This document shows, piece by piece, positions 29,871-43,112 of a stretch of DNA of 64,000 nt; within the stretch, counting starts at the first letter, position 1, and every line of letters starts with the position of its first letter. The notes beneath the pieces were generated by a model. The model was not told the origin of the DNA and ran no database searches. It saw nothing but the letters and a program-made list of their open reading frames with translations. The position numbers and the translations under genes are program-made. Source of the DNA: an uncultured Chloroflexia bacterium (GTDB lineage: Bacteria > Chloroflexota > Chloroflexia > Thermomicrobiales > UBA6265); NCBI GenBank assembly GCA_963724295.1, contig CAVRUC010000004.1:64001-128000 (forward strand), in the 5' to 3' direction.

Positions 29871-30434
29871 TCAGCGCGCCGCGCGACTCGAGCTGCGCCC
29901 GTTCAACGCCGCGACCGAGATCGGCGTGAACCCGGGCAAAAACTTCGACCACTCGTGGGTTACGGCGCCCTCGATGCGGCGTTCGATGGTGTAGTAGCGC
30001 CCGGCGCGTGGCTCGCGTGGTTCCTTGCGCAACAACATCCGCGCCTCGGCAGGGAGCTTGCCCCCTTTGCGATGGTTGCACGGCTTGCACGCGGAAACCA
30101 GATTGTCCCAGGAGTGCAGCCCGCCGCGGGAGCGGGGCACGACGTGATCGATCGTCAGATCGTGGCACTGCCGCCCGCAATACTGGCAGGTGTAACCGTC
30201 GCGGATGAAGACCTCTCGCCGCGTGAGCTTCACCCGCGGCCGCGGGCGGTGGATCAAGTAGACCATGCGGATCACCGAGGGCGCGGGAAAGGCGCGCGTC
30301 GCCGACTTCACGACCCGGCCGTTGGCCTCCAGAACCTCCGCCTTGCCGTCGAAGACGAGCAGAATCGCGCGACGGACGTTGCAGACGTTCAGTGGTTCGT
30401 AGTTTTGATTGAGTACCAGGACAGCGCCATTCAC
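29871..30434 (-). CDS. HNH endonuclease (McrA-like)
   Basis: VLVLNQNYEPL...RDGYTCQYCG...TIDHVVPRSRGG...WDNLVSACKPCNHRKG. Confidence 0.95.
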   Translation of the reverse strand: MNGAVLVLNQNYEPLNVCNVRRAILLVFDGKAEVLEANGRVVKSATRAFPAPSVIRMVYLIHRPRPRVKLTRREVFIRDGYTCQYCGRQCHDLTIDHVVPRSRGGLHSWDNLVSACKPCNHRKGGKLPAEARMLLRKEPREPRAGRYYTIERRIEGAVTHEWSKFLPGFTPISVAALNGRSSSRAAR

Positions 30435-30653
30435 CCTGCCGATGCCTCACCGGTCTCAGGGTTGCCGCGGTCACCTTCGCACCAGGCTCCAGCGCAACCT
30501 CACCCAGTTGCCGCTGTGGACCCGCCCGGGGTGCAAACCGCGCGTGGCGATCGATGTTCCTGCCGGATTGAGTCCGACGCGACTGTAGCACGTGCGATTT
30601 TCGTCAAGCAAGGTCCGCCGGGTCGAAGTGGGACCATCGTCTTGGTAGTGCCC

Positions 30654-32087
30654 TTACACCGCCAGCGACGCCAGGCGCGCGGTGTTGCGGTTGTGCTCCG
30701 CGATCACGGGATCGAGATCGAGCGACACGATCTTTCCGTCGTCGACGATGAGCCGGCCGCCGATGACTGTCTGACGCGCCCGCGTCGGCGCGCAGAAAAC
30801 GACGGCTGCCACCGGATCGCTCAGACCACCGGCGTAGGCGACGTCGTTGAGATCGAGCGTGAAAAAGTCGGCGCACTTCCCCGGCTCCAGGCACCCGATG
30901 TCGTCGCGCCCAAGGACCTGAGCTCCGCCGATGGTGGCGATCTCCAGAGCGTCACGGGCGGTCATCCACTCGCCGGCGCGCAGCGGGTCGGAGGTCGAGA
31001 GGACGGTTTGCGGTCCCTCGGGCGGCAACAGCCCGATCTTCAGCCGGGCCAGCAACATCGCCTCGCGCACCTCGACGAGGAGGTTCGAGCCATCATTGCT
31101 GGCCGAGCCGTCGACGCCGAGGCCAGTTCGCACGCCGTTGTCGCGGTACTTCTTGACCGGCGCGATCCCCGAAGCAAGTCGCATGTTCGACGAGGGACAG
31201 TGGCAGACGCCCGCTCCTTTCTGGGCGAAGAGGCGCACTTCATCGTCGTTGACATGGACCGCGTGGGCATACCAGACGTCGTCGCCAACCCAGTCCAACG
31301 TCTCCATGTAGGCCACCGGCCGCATCCCCTGATGCTGGAGGGTGTACCGCTCCTCGTCGAGGGTCTCGCAGAGGTGGGTGTGCAGTTTGACACCGTGCTC
31401 GCGGGCGAGCCTGGCTGACTCGCGCATCAGATCGGCGGTGACCGAGAACGGCGAGCACGGCGCCAGCACGATCTGCAGCATCGAGCCCGGATTGGGATCG
31501 TGGTACTGCTCGATCACCCGCAGCGAGTCGCGCAAGATCGCGTCTTCGTCCTCGACGCAGTCGTCCGGTGGCAATCCGCCTTTGGACTCGCCCAGCGACA
31601 TGCTGCCGCGCGAGACAGCGAACCGAACGCCGATCTCGGCCGCGGCGTGGATCTGGTCGTCGACCTTGCAACCGTTCTGGAAGACGTAGGCGTGATCGAA
31701 AACGGTCGTGCATCCCGAGAGCGCCAGCTCGGCGCAACCGACGATGACCGCCGTCCGCGTGTCCTCCGGCGTACGGCTGGCCCAGACCCGGTAGTGGGCG
31801 CGCAGCCAGGGAAAGAGATTGGTGTTCTGACCGGCCGGCAAGTTCCGCGTCAGCACCTGGTCGAGGTGGTGATGACAATTGATCAGCCCCGGCAGCACGA
31901 TCTTCCCGGATAGGTCGAGCACGGTATCCGCGTTGTCGGGAAGTTCGCTGGACTCACCGACCTGCTCGATGACACCGTCGCGCGCGAACAGCCCCGCATT
32001 TCGCAGTTCGCGCCGCTCGCCGTCCATCGTCACCAGGACGTCAGCATTCTTCGCCAGAAATGTCGTCACGCTCTCCCTCTCCGTCAT
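30654..32087 (-). CDS. 8-oxoguanine deaminase-like amidohydrolase
   Basis: PGLINCHHHLDQ, RGSMSLGES, APCSPFSV, HTHLCET, CPSSNMRL, GVDGSASND. Confidence 0.9.
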   Translation of the reverse strand: MTERESVTTFLAKNADVLVTMDGERRELRNAGLFARDGVIEQVGESSELPDNADTVLDLSGKIVLPGLINCHHHLDQVLTRNLPAGQNTNLFPWLRAHYRVWASRTPEDTRTAVIVGCAELALSGCTTVFDHAYVFQNGCKVDDQIHAAAEIGVRFAVSRGSMSLGESKGGLPPDDCVEDEDAILRDSLRVIEQYHDPNPGSMLQIVLAPCSPFSVTADLMRESARLAREHGVKLHTHLCETLDEERYTLQHQGMRPVAYMETLDWVGDDVWYAHAVHVNDDEVRLFAQKGAGVCHCPSSNMRLASGIAPVKKYRDNGVRTGLGVDGSASNDGSNLLVEVREAMLLARLKIGLLPPEGPQTVLSTSDPLRAGEWMTARDALEIATIGGAQVLGRDDIGCLEPGKCADFFTLDLNDVAYAGGLSDPVAAVVFCAPTRARQTVIGGRLIVDDGKIVSLDLDPVIAEHNRNTARLASLAV

Positions 32088-32192
32088 TTTCGAGGCGACT
32101 TCCTGTGTTAAGGTTCGCCGCATTATCCACACGAACGACCAATGCGCCGCGGCTGCGCCTAGCGGGGAGCCGCGCTGGGTACATCACCTCGC

Positions 32193-33254
32193 ATGCAGGA
32201 TCAGCTGGTCGACATCCTCGCCGTCGTCTCTGGGATCGTCGTAATCATCGTTTCGACCGGTATCGCCATCCGCACCTTCATGGTGCCGACCGGGGCGCCG
32301 CCACTTATCAACCGGGTCCTCTTCCGCCTTACCCAGGCGCTGTTCGACGCGATCATCCGCCCCATTCGTTCCGAAGCTCGCCGGCAGGCTGTGCTCAGCC
32401 TGTTCGCCCCCGTGTCGCTGCTGGTGGTCCTGGCCGTGGTCCTCGGCATGATCGGCTTTGGCTACACGCTCGCGCTCTATGGCGCCGGCATCAAGCCGAT
32501 GCTGCGGGCGTTCCTCTTCAGTGGCTCCGCGCTCTCGACAATGGGGTTCGAATCCCCCGGGACTAATTTCTGGGTGATCGTGCTGTCGGCGGTCGAGGCA
32601 CTGACAGTCGTCACCATCATCGCGCTGTTGATCGGATATCTGCCGACTATCTACTCGTCGTACCAGCAACGTGAGCAGGCGGTGGATAACCTCAACGAGC
32701 TGACCGGTGCGCACCCCGACGGCATCAAAGTCGTCGACGCCTATGTCAACATCTTCGGCCCGTCGCGACTCGGCGAGTTGTGGCAAACCTGGCTGGCCTG
32801 GTTCGCCGACCTCGCCACGTCCGGATCGACCCTCTCCGGCGAGCTCTATCTCCGCTCCTCGCGCTGGGACCGCTCGTGGATCAGCGCGGCGGGGGCGATG
32901 CTCGACGCGGCCGCGCTGGTCGACTCCAGCCTCGAACTCGCCACCGATCCAGCCGCCGACCGGCTCGTGCGCTTCGGCTCGCGAACGCTGCGCGGGGTCC
33001 TGGAGCCGCTCCGCCTGCGCTGCCCGGAGCAGCCGAAGTGGCCGCAAACCCCGACCAATATCACCCAGCAGGAGTTCGAGGACGCCTACGATCATCTGCA
33101 GCAATCGGGGCTGCCGATGAAACCGGACAAGAGTGCCGCCTGGCAAACCTTCGCCCAGCATCGCGTGCAATACGAATGCGCATTGATGACGCTGGTGCGG
33201 CTGAAGAAGCCACCACGCGGCTGCCGCTGGACAACGGATCGAGACGAGACTTAG
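32193..33254 (+). CDS. Membrane protein with a 2TM ion-channel-like segment
   Basis: TM helices flanking FLFSGSALSTMGF, followed by a soluble domain (LYLRSS...SWI). Confidence 0.7.
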   Translation: MQDQLVDILAVVSGIVVIIVSTGIAIRTFMVPTGAPPLINRVLFRLTQALFDAIIRPIRSEARRQAVLSLFAPVSLLVVLAVVLGMIGFGYTLALYGAGIKPMLRAFLFSGSALSTMGFESPGTNFWVIVLSAVEALTVVTIIALLIGYLPTIYSSYQQREQAVDNLNELTGAHPDGIKVVDAYVNIFGPSRLGELWQTWLAWFADLATSGSTLSGELYLRSSRWDRSWISAAGAMLDAAALVDSSLELATDPAADRLVRFGSRTLRGVLEPLRLRCPEQPKWPQTPTNITQQEFEDAYDHLQQSGLPMKPDKSAAWQTFAQHRVQYECALMTLVRLKKPPRGCRWTTDRDET

Positions 33255-33320
33255 CAGCCGCTGGCCATTCCCCTGACCGGCACGACACTCGTCGGAAGCG
33301 ACGCGCCAAAGGGGTCTAGA

Positions 33321-36239
<2,919 letters not shown>

Positions 36240-36287
36240 GAAACAGAGATCCTCGCTCGGGGCGCTCGGAATCTGCGGGGATTCATC

Positions 36288-36319
36288 CGAACAAACGATC
36301 GCAATATGTCAGTGTAGCA
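36288..36319 (-). promoter_or_regulatory. Putative LexA box plus extended -10 for uvrA
   Basis: CGAACaaacGATCG (one mismatch to CGAAC-N4-GTTCG) at 36288-36301; TGcTACACT at 36311-36319 on the minus strand. Confidence 0.65.
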
Positions 36320-36590
36320 TCCGCCGTGCCCACCGGTCAGGGGTAGTGATTCGTGTTGCGGCGGGAAGCCGGCACGTCGGGAGCTCGGAGTCAAAGGGCT
36401 CGACTGTCAGAACGCGGACTGCCACCATCCTCGCCGAAGGCCACCCTGATTCACCACGTTGAGCGCCCCCTTCGCTGCCAGTTATATCAGGCAAACCGGA
36501 CAGATTCGAGCCTGATTCCCGTTCCCAGAGACGGGCGGCCGGCCGCGGCAACCGCGGGACGGCATAGCACGCAGGGTCAGGACATTTCGG

Positions 36591-37001
36591 TCAGGCGGGG
36601 CATGGGCGCAGGCAGATCCGCCGGGATCGGTTGTTGCAGCACCTGGAAACCTTCGCGCAGAATTTCCCCCGGCCGCAGGGCCGGCGCTCGCTGCACTGGT
36701 CCTTCCGCGGGCAGTCATTCGGTGACTCGAAGCGGGCCGCGCACCGTACATGGTGACCCGGAGTCTGAACGCAGACGCATTCCGGGGAGCCGCCGCAGTT
36801 GGTACTGACGCAGCTGTGCTTGCTGATGATCTGGTCCGGCTCCAGTGTCCGGCAGAAGTCGTTTCCGGCCGCCTCAGAGAGCGGTACGTCTCGCCGCAGC
36901 CCGGAGAATCCAACGAAGAGGGCTCCCGCCCCGACGGCCAAGCGCCGCGTGGTCCGGCGACCGATTGCCTTCGCAATGCGGTCGAAGCGGTCGTTCTCCA
37001 C
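36591..37001 (-). CDS. Small secreted Cys-rich protein with MENDRFDRIAK leader
   Basis: GGAGG RBS, GTG start, TTRRLAVG twin-Arg-like motif, Cys-rich body. Confidence 0.8.
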   Translation of the reverse strand: MENDRFDRIAKAIGRRTTRRLAVGAGALFVGFSGLRRDVPLSEAAGNDFCRTLEPDQIISKHSCVSTNCGGSPECVCVQTPGHHVRCAARFESPNDCPRKDQCSERRPCGRGKFCAKVSRCCNNRSRRICLRPCPA

Positions 37002-37407
37002 TGAACTTCCTCCGGGGTAACGTACGGCAACCGTGTCAAACAATGTGCCACCTCATCATAACAGACCCAGGGCAATCATTGGAGCCTGGTACGGTGGACT
37101 CTGCTCACGGCTCCGCTCTTTGAGGCTGGTTCACCAACGTCGGGGGATTGCCGCTTGGCGAGACGGCGTGCCTGTTGAGGGCGGCGAGCATCAGCGGCAG
37201 CTCGACCTGGCCGGGTTGCCGATTGCCAGACGGCGCTCCATGTCCACGATCTGTTTGACACGCGGCGTGAGTGGGGGACAAAATCGTCGCTTGGCGTCAC
37301 ACGTCGTGGTCGCCGGCAATGAGTTCCGCCGTCATCGCCAACCGCACCCAGTGGAGCAGGCCCTGTTCCACGGGTCGAGCCCTGGTGGTTAGCGTAGAGA
37401 AAGACCC

Positions 37408-40095
37408 ATGACCATCGCTGAGGCCGCCAAACCGGGTGTCGAGTCGTCACTTGGCAAAGCCTATGATCCCCGTCTGGTCGAAACCGGCGTCTACGATCGC
37501 TGGGACGATGCCGGCTATTTTCAGCCGCGCGAGCGACCGGATCGCGAGCCGTTCGTGGTCGTCATGCCACCGCCGAATGTCACCGGCGAGCTTCACATTG
37601 GCCACGCCCTGTTCGTGACTGTCGAAGACATCATGATCCGCTGGCATCGCATGCTCGGCGATCCCACGCTCTGGATTCCCGGCGCGGACCACGCGGGCAT
37701 CGCCGGCCAGTGGGTGGTCGAAAAGGAGCTCGCTAAAGAGGGATTGACCCGGCACGATCTCGGGCGCGAGAAGTTCCTGCAGCGGGTCTGGCAATTCATG
37801 AACCAGTACCGCGGTCGCATCCGTGAGCAGATGATGATCCTGGGCGCCTCGTGCGACTGGACCCGCTTCGTCTTTACGATGGACCCCGGTCCTTCCCGCG
37901 CGGTGCGCCACGTCTTCAAGCGGCTCTACGACAAGGGACTCATCTACCGTGGAGAGCGGCTGATCTCCTGGTGCCCACGCTGTCAGACCGCGCTCTCCGA
38001 CCTGGAGGTCGTCCACCGCGACGAAGCGGGCTCCCTGTGGACCATTGCCTACCCAATCGACCTGGAGGGGAGCGACGAGGTCATTACCGTCGCGACCACC
38101 CGGCCGGAGACGATGCTCGGCGACACCGGGGTGGCCGTCCATCCCGACGACGACCGCTACCGCCACCTGGTGGGGAAGAAGGTACGCCTGCCCATCCTCG
38201 ACCGCCTGATCCCGATCGTAGCCGACGACGCGGTCGACCCGGCATTCGGCACCGGGGCGGTGAAAGTGACCCCCGGCCACGATCCGAACGACTTCGAGAT
38301 CGGCAGGCGGCAGGGGTTACCTGCAATCAACGTGATGAACACCGACGGCACCATGAACGGCGAAGCCGGGCCGTTCGCCGGGATGCCGATCGCTGCCGCC
38401 CGCTCCGCCGTCGTCCAGCGCCTGCGGGAGGAGGGCCGGTTGTTGCACACCGAGCCGCACATGCATGCAGTCGGCCACTGCCAGCGCTGCGACACAGTCG
38501 TCGAGCCGTTGATCTCGACGCAGTGGTTCGTGCGTATGGATGAGCTGGCAAGACCGGCGATCGCGGCGGCAAGGGACGGCAGTCTGCAGTTCGTGCCGGA
38601 GCATTTCCGATCCGTCTACCTCAACTGGCTGGAGAACATCCACGACTGGACGGTCTCGCGCCAGCTCTGGTGGGGTCACCGCATCCCAGTCTGGTACTGC
38701 CAGCGTTGCGGGGAGACGATCGTCACGGAAGAGGAGACGCTGGGCGCCTGCCCGCATTGTAGCGGGCCGGTCGACCAGGACCCAGACGTGCTCGACACGT
38801 GGTTTTCCTCCGGACTCTGGCCGTTCTCGACCCTGGGCTGGCCGGATGACACCCCGGACCTGCGCCGCTACTACCCGTCTTCGGTGATGGAGACCGGCTA
38901 CGAGATCCTCTTCTTCTGGGTGGCGCGGATGGTCATGTTCGGTCTCGAAGTCATGGGCGAGCTGCCCTTCCACACCGTGTACCTGCACGGGACGGTGCGC
39001 GACGTCGAAGGCGCAAAGATGAGCAAGACCAAGGGCAACGTGATGGATCCGACCGCCGTCACGGCCGAGTATGGCGCCGACGCCCTCCGCTTCGCCCTCG
39101 TCACCCAGAGCGGCCCGGGGAATGATCTGCGCCTGGATATCCAGAAGGTCGAGGACGCCCGTAACTTCGCCAACAAGCTCTGGAATGCAACCCGTTTCGC
39201 GCTACGGCCGATCGGCGAGGCGCAGGTCGTCACGGACGAGGGCGGCCCCGCGCGTCCCGACGGCGAGCTCGCGTTGGCCGATCGCTGGATCCTCAGTCGC
39301 CTGGACGCCACCATCGAGGACGCCAACCGCTTGATGCGAGCACACCAGTACGGCGAGGCGGGAAAGACGATTCGCGAGTTCGTCTGGTCCGAGCTGTGTG
39401 ACTGGTACATCGAAGCAGCCAAGGTGCGGCAACGTGGCTCCTCCGCGGAGCGACAGGCTGTCGCGCAGACACTTGCCTACGCCATGGAGCGCTCCGTCCG
39501 CCTCCTGCATCCCTTCATGCCGTTTGTCACCGAAGCACTGTGGCAGGAGCTGCCCCATGCCGGTGAGAGCGTGATGATTGCCGCCTGGCCCGAAGCAGGA
39601 GCCCGGGACGAGTCCGCCGAGACGGACTTCGGCGCCCTCATCGAGATCGTACGCGCCATTCGCAACGCCCGCACCGAAGCGGGCGTCGAGCCCGGCCGCT
39701 GGATCGCGGCGGAGATCTTCCCCGGCCCGCACCGTGCGGCCTTTGAAACCGCGCGCCGGGAGCTGGCGACGCTGGCCCGCATCGCCGACGATGAGTTGGT
39801 CATGCTCGACGGGGCGCCGGAGGGGAGCCAGAGCGCGCTCACCGCCGTGGCCGGCAACGTCGTGGCCACGTTGCCGCTGACGGGGATGGTCGATCTGGAA
39901 GCGGAGCGGGAGCGGCTGCGCAAAGAGATCGCCGCGATGATGGCCGAGCGCGACCGGGCGCAAGCCCAGCTCGGCAACGAGGCGTTCGTCTCACGGGCTC
40001 CGGATCAGGTGGTTGCCATCCAGCGCCAGCGTCTGGCGACCGCGGAAGAGCAAATCGCGCTCCTGGAGCGCCGCCTCGCGGAGCTGGATGCCTGA
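37408..40095 (+). CDS. valS: Valyl-tRNA synthetase
   Basis: PPPNVTGELHIGHA, KMSKT, C-terminal coiled coil. Confidence 0.99.
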   Translation: MTIAEAAKPGVESSLGKAYDPRLVETGVYDRWDDAGYFQPRERPDREPFVVVMPPPNVTGELHIGHALFVTVEDIMIRWHRMLGDPTLWIPGADHAGIAGQWVVEKELAKEGLTRHDLGREKFLQRVWQFMNQYRGRIREQMMILGASCDWTRFVFTMDPGPSRAVRHVFKRLYDKGLIYRGERLISWCPRCQTALSDLEVVHRDEAGSLWTIAYPIDLEGSDEVITVATTRPETMLGDTGVAVHPDDDRYRHLVGKKVRLPILDRLIPIVADDAVDPAFGTGAVKVTPGHDPNDFEIGRRQGLPAINVMNTDGTMNGEAGPFAGMPIAAARSAVVQRLREEGRLLHTEPHMHAVGHCQRCDTVVEPLISTQWFVRMDELARPAIAAARDGSLQFVPEHFRSVYLNWLENIHDWTVSRQLWWGHRIPVWYCQRCGETIVTEEETLGACPHCSGPVDQDPDVLDTWFSSGLWPFSTLGWPDDTPDLRRYYPSSVMETGYEILFFWVARMVMFGLEVMGELPFHTVYLHGTVRDVEGAKMSKTKGNVMDPTAVTAEYGADALRFALVTQSGPGNDLRLDIQKVEDARNFANKLWNATRFALRPIGEAQVVTDEGGPARPDGELALADRWILSRLDATIEDANRLMRAHQYGEAGKTIREFVWSELCDWYIEAAKVRQRGSSAERQAVAQTLAYAMERSVRLLHPFMPFVTEALWQELPHAGESVMIAAWPEAGARDESAETDFGALIEIVRAIRNARTEAGVEPGRWIAAEIFPGPHRAAFETARRELATLARIADDELVMLDGAPEGSQSALTAVAGNVVATLPLTGMVDLEAERERLRKEIAAMMAERDRAQAQLGNEAFVSRAPDQVVAIQRQRLATAEEQIALLERRLAELDA

Positions 40096-40699
40096 GCTGA
40101 ACGAGCACCTGGAGCGGGCGTTCTACGAGCGCCCAACGGTGGAAGTCGCCCGCGACCTCCTTGGCCAAGTGCTCGTTTCCGTGACACCAGGGGGCCGCAC
40201 GGCCGGCCGCATCGTCGAGACCGAGGCCTACCTCGGCGCAAACGACCCCGCGTCGCACGCGGCTCGCCTGCGCACGGGGCGGGTCGAGGCGATGTGGGGC
40301 GAACCGGGCATCGCCTATGTCTATCGCTCCTACGGCATCCATGCCATGCTCAACGTCGTCACCGAACCGGTGGGCGAGACTGGGGCGGTGCTGATCCGCG
40401 CGCTCGAGCCGGTGATCGGCGTCGATCTGATGCGAGCTCGCCGCGGACTCGACGACGAACGGCTGCTTTGCTCGGGTCCGGGAAAGCTCTGCCAGGCGCT
40501 CGGCATCGCTCTCGAGATGCATGGCACCGATCTCGTAACGAGCGACAGGCTCTGGGTCGCGCCGGGCGAAACACCCAGCGAAGTTTCCACCTCCGGCCGC
40601 ATCGGCATCAGTCGCGGTCAGGCGCATCCCTGGCGCTACTGGATCACCGGCAATCCCCACGTCTCTGCCCATCGCCGCGCCCTTCCGCCCTCGGACTGA
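40088..40699 (+). CDS. mpg: DNA-3-methyladenine glycosylase (AAG/MPG type)
   Basis: GRIVETEAY, AYVYRSYGIH, AVLIRALEP, GPGKLCQAL, RIGIS. Confidence 0.95.
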   Translation: MPELNEHLERAFYERPTVEVARDLLGQVLVSVTPGGRTAGRIVETEAYLGANDPASHAARLRTGRVEAMWGEPGIAYVYRSYGIHAMLNVVTEPVGETGAVLIRALEPVIGVDLMRARRGLDDERLLCSGPGKLCQALGIALEMHGTDLVTSDRLWVAPGETPSEVSTSGRIGISRGQAHPWRYWITGNPHVSAHRRALPPSD

Positions 40700-40780
40700 A
40701 GCGGTCCAGACGCGTGGTACGCTAGGTCGGGCCCCTGACCGCACCGCTCTGCAAGTGCAAGACCATTGCGTGGACGCCGC

Positions 40781-42530
40781 ATGATCCTCCGCCTGCTTGA
40801 CGAACGAACGATCGGCAAGATCGCCGCCGGAGAGGTCGTCGAGCGCCCGGTTTCCGTCGTCAAGGAGCTGGTCGAAAACGCGATCGACGCCGGCGCTGCC
40901 CGGATCCGGGTGGCGGTGCGGGGTGGCGGCATCGAGTTGATCGAGGTCGTCGATGACGGTTGCGGTATCGCGCCCGCGGATCTGCCACTGGCGGTCTGCC
41001 GGCACGCAACGTCGAAGCTGACGTCGTTCGAGGACCTGGATAGCCTCACCACGCTCGGGTTCCGCGGCGAAGCACTGCCGAGCATCGGCGCCATCTCCGA
41101 CCTCGCTATCCGCTCCCGCACGCCGGACACTTCGCACGCCTCACTCCTGCGCGTCACGTTCGGCGAAGTGGCCGCGCCGGTAACGGTCGGCGCCGGTCAG
41201 GGCACCGCCGTGACCGCCCGCGATCTGTTCGGCAATGTTCCTGCTCGCCGCAAGTTCCTGCGCCAACCCTCGACCGAGACCAGCTACATCCAGCGCGCTG
41301 TTGCCGCCTATGCGGCCATGTACCCGGCTGTTGCCTTCGAGCTGATGATCGACGGCCGCCGCGCCTTCGCCACAGCTGGTTCCGGCGATGCGGTTGCCGC
41401 GGCAACCGCTGCCTGGGGCGGGGAGGTCGGCCGCGCGGCAATCATGCTGGAACCGCTCGACGAGTCGACCGCCGTTCCAGGAGTCACCGTCGATGGCTGG
41501 ATCACCGCCCCGGAGCTGTCGCGCTCTCATCGTCAAGGAATCGTCATCTTCGTCAACGGCCGATGGGTGCAGAACCGGGCGCTGGCCTTTGCCCTCGAGG
41601 AGGCGTATCACTCGCTCCTCCTCGTGGGGCGACATCCGCTGGCCGCCATCCACATCCGTCTCGATCCGGCGGCGGTCGACGTCAACGTCCACCCCACCAA
41701 AGCCGAGGTGAAGTTCGTCGACGAACGGGCGGCCTGCCGGGCCGTGCAGCGCGCCGTGCACACCGCGCTCGCCCGCCGATCCCACGGCGATCTGCCCCAG
41801 GTCCGGTTCGAACCGATCCCATTCGCGCCGCCCGCGAGGCAGCGGCCGATTCCCTTCGCGCCTCCGCGATTTGGTTCCCTTGGGATCGAGACGAGAGATT
41901 CCGTGCCGGAAACGGAACCCCCGGCTCCTAACGGATCGGGTTCCGCCCATCCGTCCGGGGTGCCGATGTTGCGCGTCCTCGGCCAGATCGCGGCCAGTTA
42001 CATCATTGCCGAGGGTCCCGACGGCATGTACTTGATCGATCAGCACGCCGCGCACGAGCGCGTACTTTACGAGCGCATCCTGACCCAGCTGCGAGAGCAG
42101 GCGGTGGACCGCCAGACCTTGCTCGATCCGCTTGTGGTCGATCTCACCCCGGAGGAGATGACCGCCTTCGAGCGGTCAGCAGCCGAGCTTGCCGAGATCG
42201 GGTTCGAGATCGACCGCTGGGACGGCGGCGCCGTGGCGGTGCGCGCGATACCTGCCGCTGGTCAAAGGCGTCGACGTCGCTCAGCGCCTGAGGCTGATCC
42301 TGCGCGAGCTGGCCGAGGGCGGACAGGGAGAATCGTGGCTCGACGCCGTCGCCGTAAGCACGGCCTGCCACACCTCAATCCGCGCCGGGCAGCCCCTCTC
42401 GATTCCGGAGATGCGAGAGCTCGTCTCCGCGCTGGAGAGTGCCTCCCAGCCGCGCGCCTGCGGCCACGGCCGGCCGACGATGCTGCACCTCTCCGGCAGC
42501 GATCTCGAGAAGCAGTTTCAGCGACGTTAG
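40781..42530 (+). CDS. mutL: DNA mismatch repair protein MutL; frameshift at ~42258, probably a sequencing error
   Basis: IAAGEVVERP, TLGFRGEAL, DVNVHPTK, DQHAAHER; ACH...CGHGRPT continues in another frame to TAG at 42530. Confidence 0.95.
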
Positions 42531-42538
42531 GAGAACGC

Positions 42539-42994
42539 ATGCCCCCGTTGCACGCCTCCGCCGAGCGCACCGTCCCCGCCCCGGCCGAGGCGGTTTACGC
42601 CCTGCTCGCCGACTACCGCGCTGGTCACCCCCGGATTTTGCCACCGGCCTTCTCTGACCTGACGGTGCTGCGGGGAGGGACCGGCGCTGGCACCGAGATT
42701 CGATTTGCGATGACACTCGGCGGACGGAAGCAAGTCGTCGAGGCGAGCGTCGCCGAACCAGAACCCGGCCGCGTGCTCACCGAGACCTATCGCGAAAAGA
42801 ACGCGGTGACCAGCTTCACTGTTGACCCGGTGGGGAATCAAAGTCGCGTCCGGATCGAGACCTCGTGGGATGCGAGCCGCGGACTCGCCGGACTGATCGA
42901 ACGACTCATCATGCCACGCCTCTTCCGCAAGATCTATGCGCAGGAGCTCGATCTCATCGAGCGCTGGGCCATCGACCAGAAGACAGCGGCATGA
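42539..42994 (+). CDS. SRPBCC/polyketide cyclase family protein
   Basis: Own RBS (AGGAG) and ATG; VPAPAEAVYALLADYRAGHPRILP. Confidence 0.85.
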   Translation: MPPLHASAERTVPAPAEAVYALLADYRAGHPRILPPAFSDLTVLRGGTGAGTEIRFAMTLGGRKQVVEASVAEPEPGRVLTETYREKNAVTSFTVDPVGNQSRVRIETSWDASRGLAGLIERLIMPRLFRKIYAQELDLIERWAIDQKTAA

Positions 42995-43112
42995 TGCCCG
43001 CATCGAGCACGGAACCGGCCAGCGTTGACACTACCCCTCGAAGCCTGTCGAGGTCGTAGGTGGCGACGCGCAGTAATCCCCGTCGCATCCCAACTCTGGC
43101 GCCGAATCGTGC

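Noticed and set aside
29871..30434. HNH nuclease as a defence or homing element
   Set aside because: Matches the widespread stand-alone McrA-like HNH type in a housekeeping context, with no partner genes.
37130..37407. Possible T-box leader of valS (also checked upstream of cysE and serS)
   Set aside because: No GGTGGNACCGCG-like T-box sequence or convincing specifier stem found.
40766..42994. 742-aa ORF that looks like a MutL-SRPBCC fusion
   Set aside because: A frameshift near 42258 diverts the frame. The true MutL C-terminus (CGHGRPT) is in another frame, and the SRPBCC gene has its own RBS and ATG.
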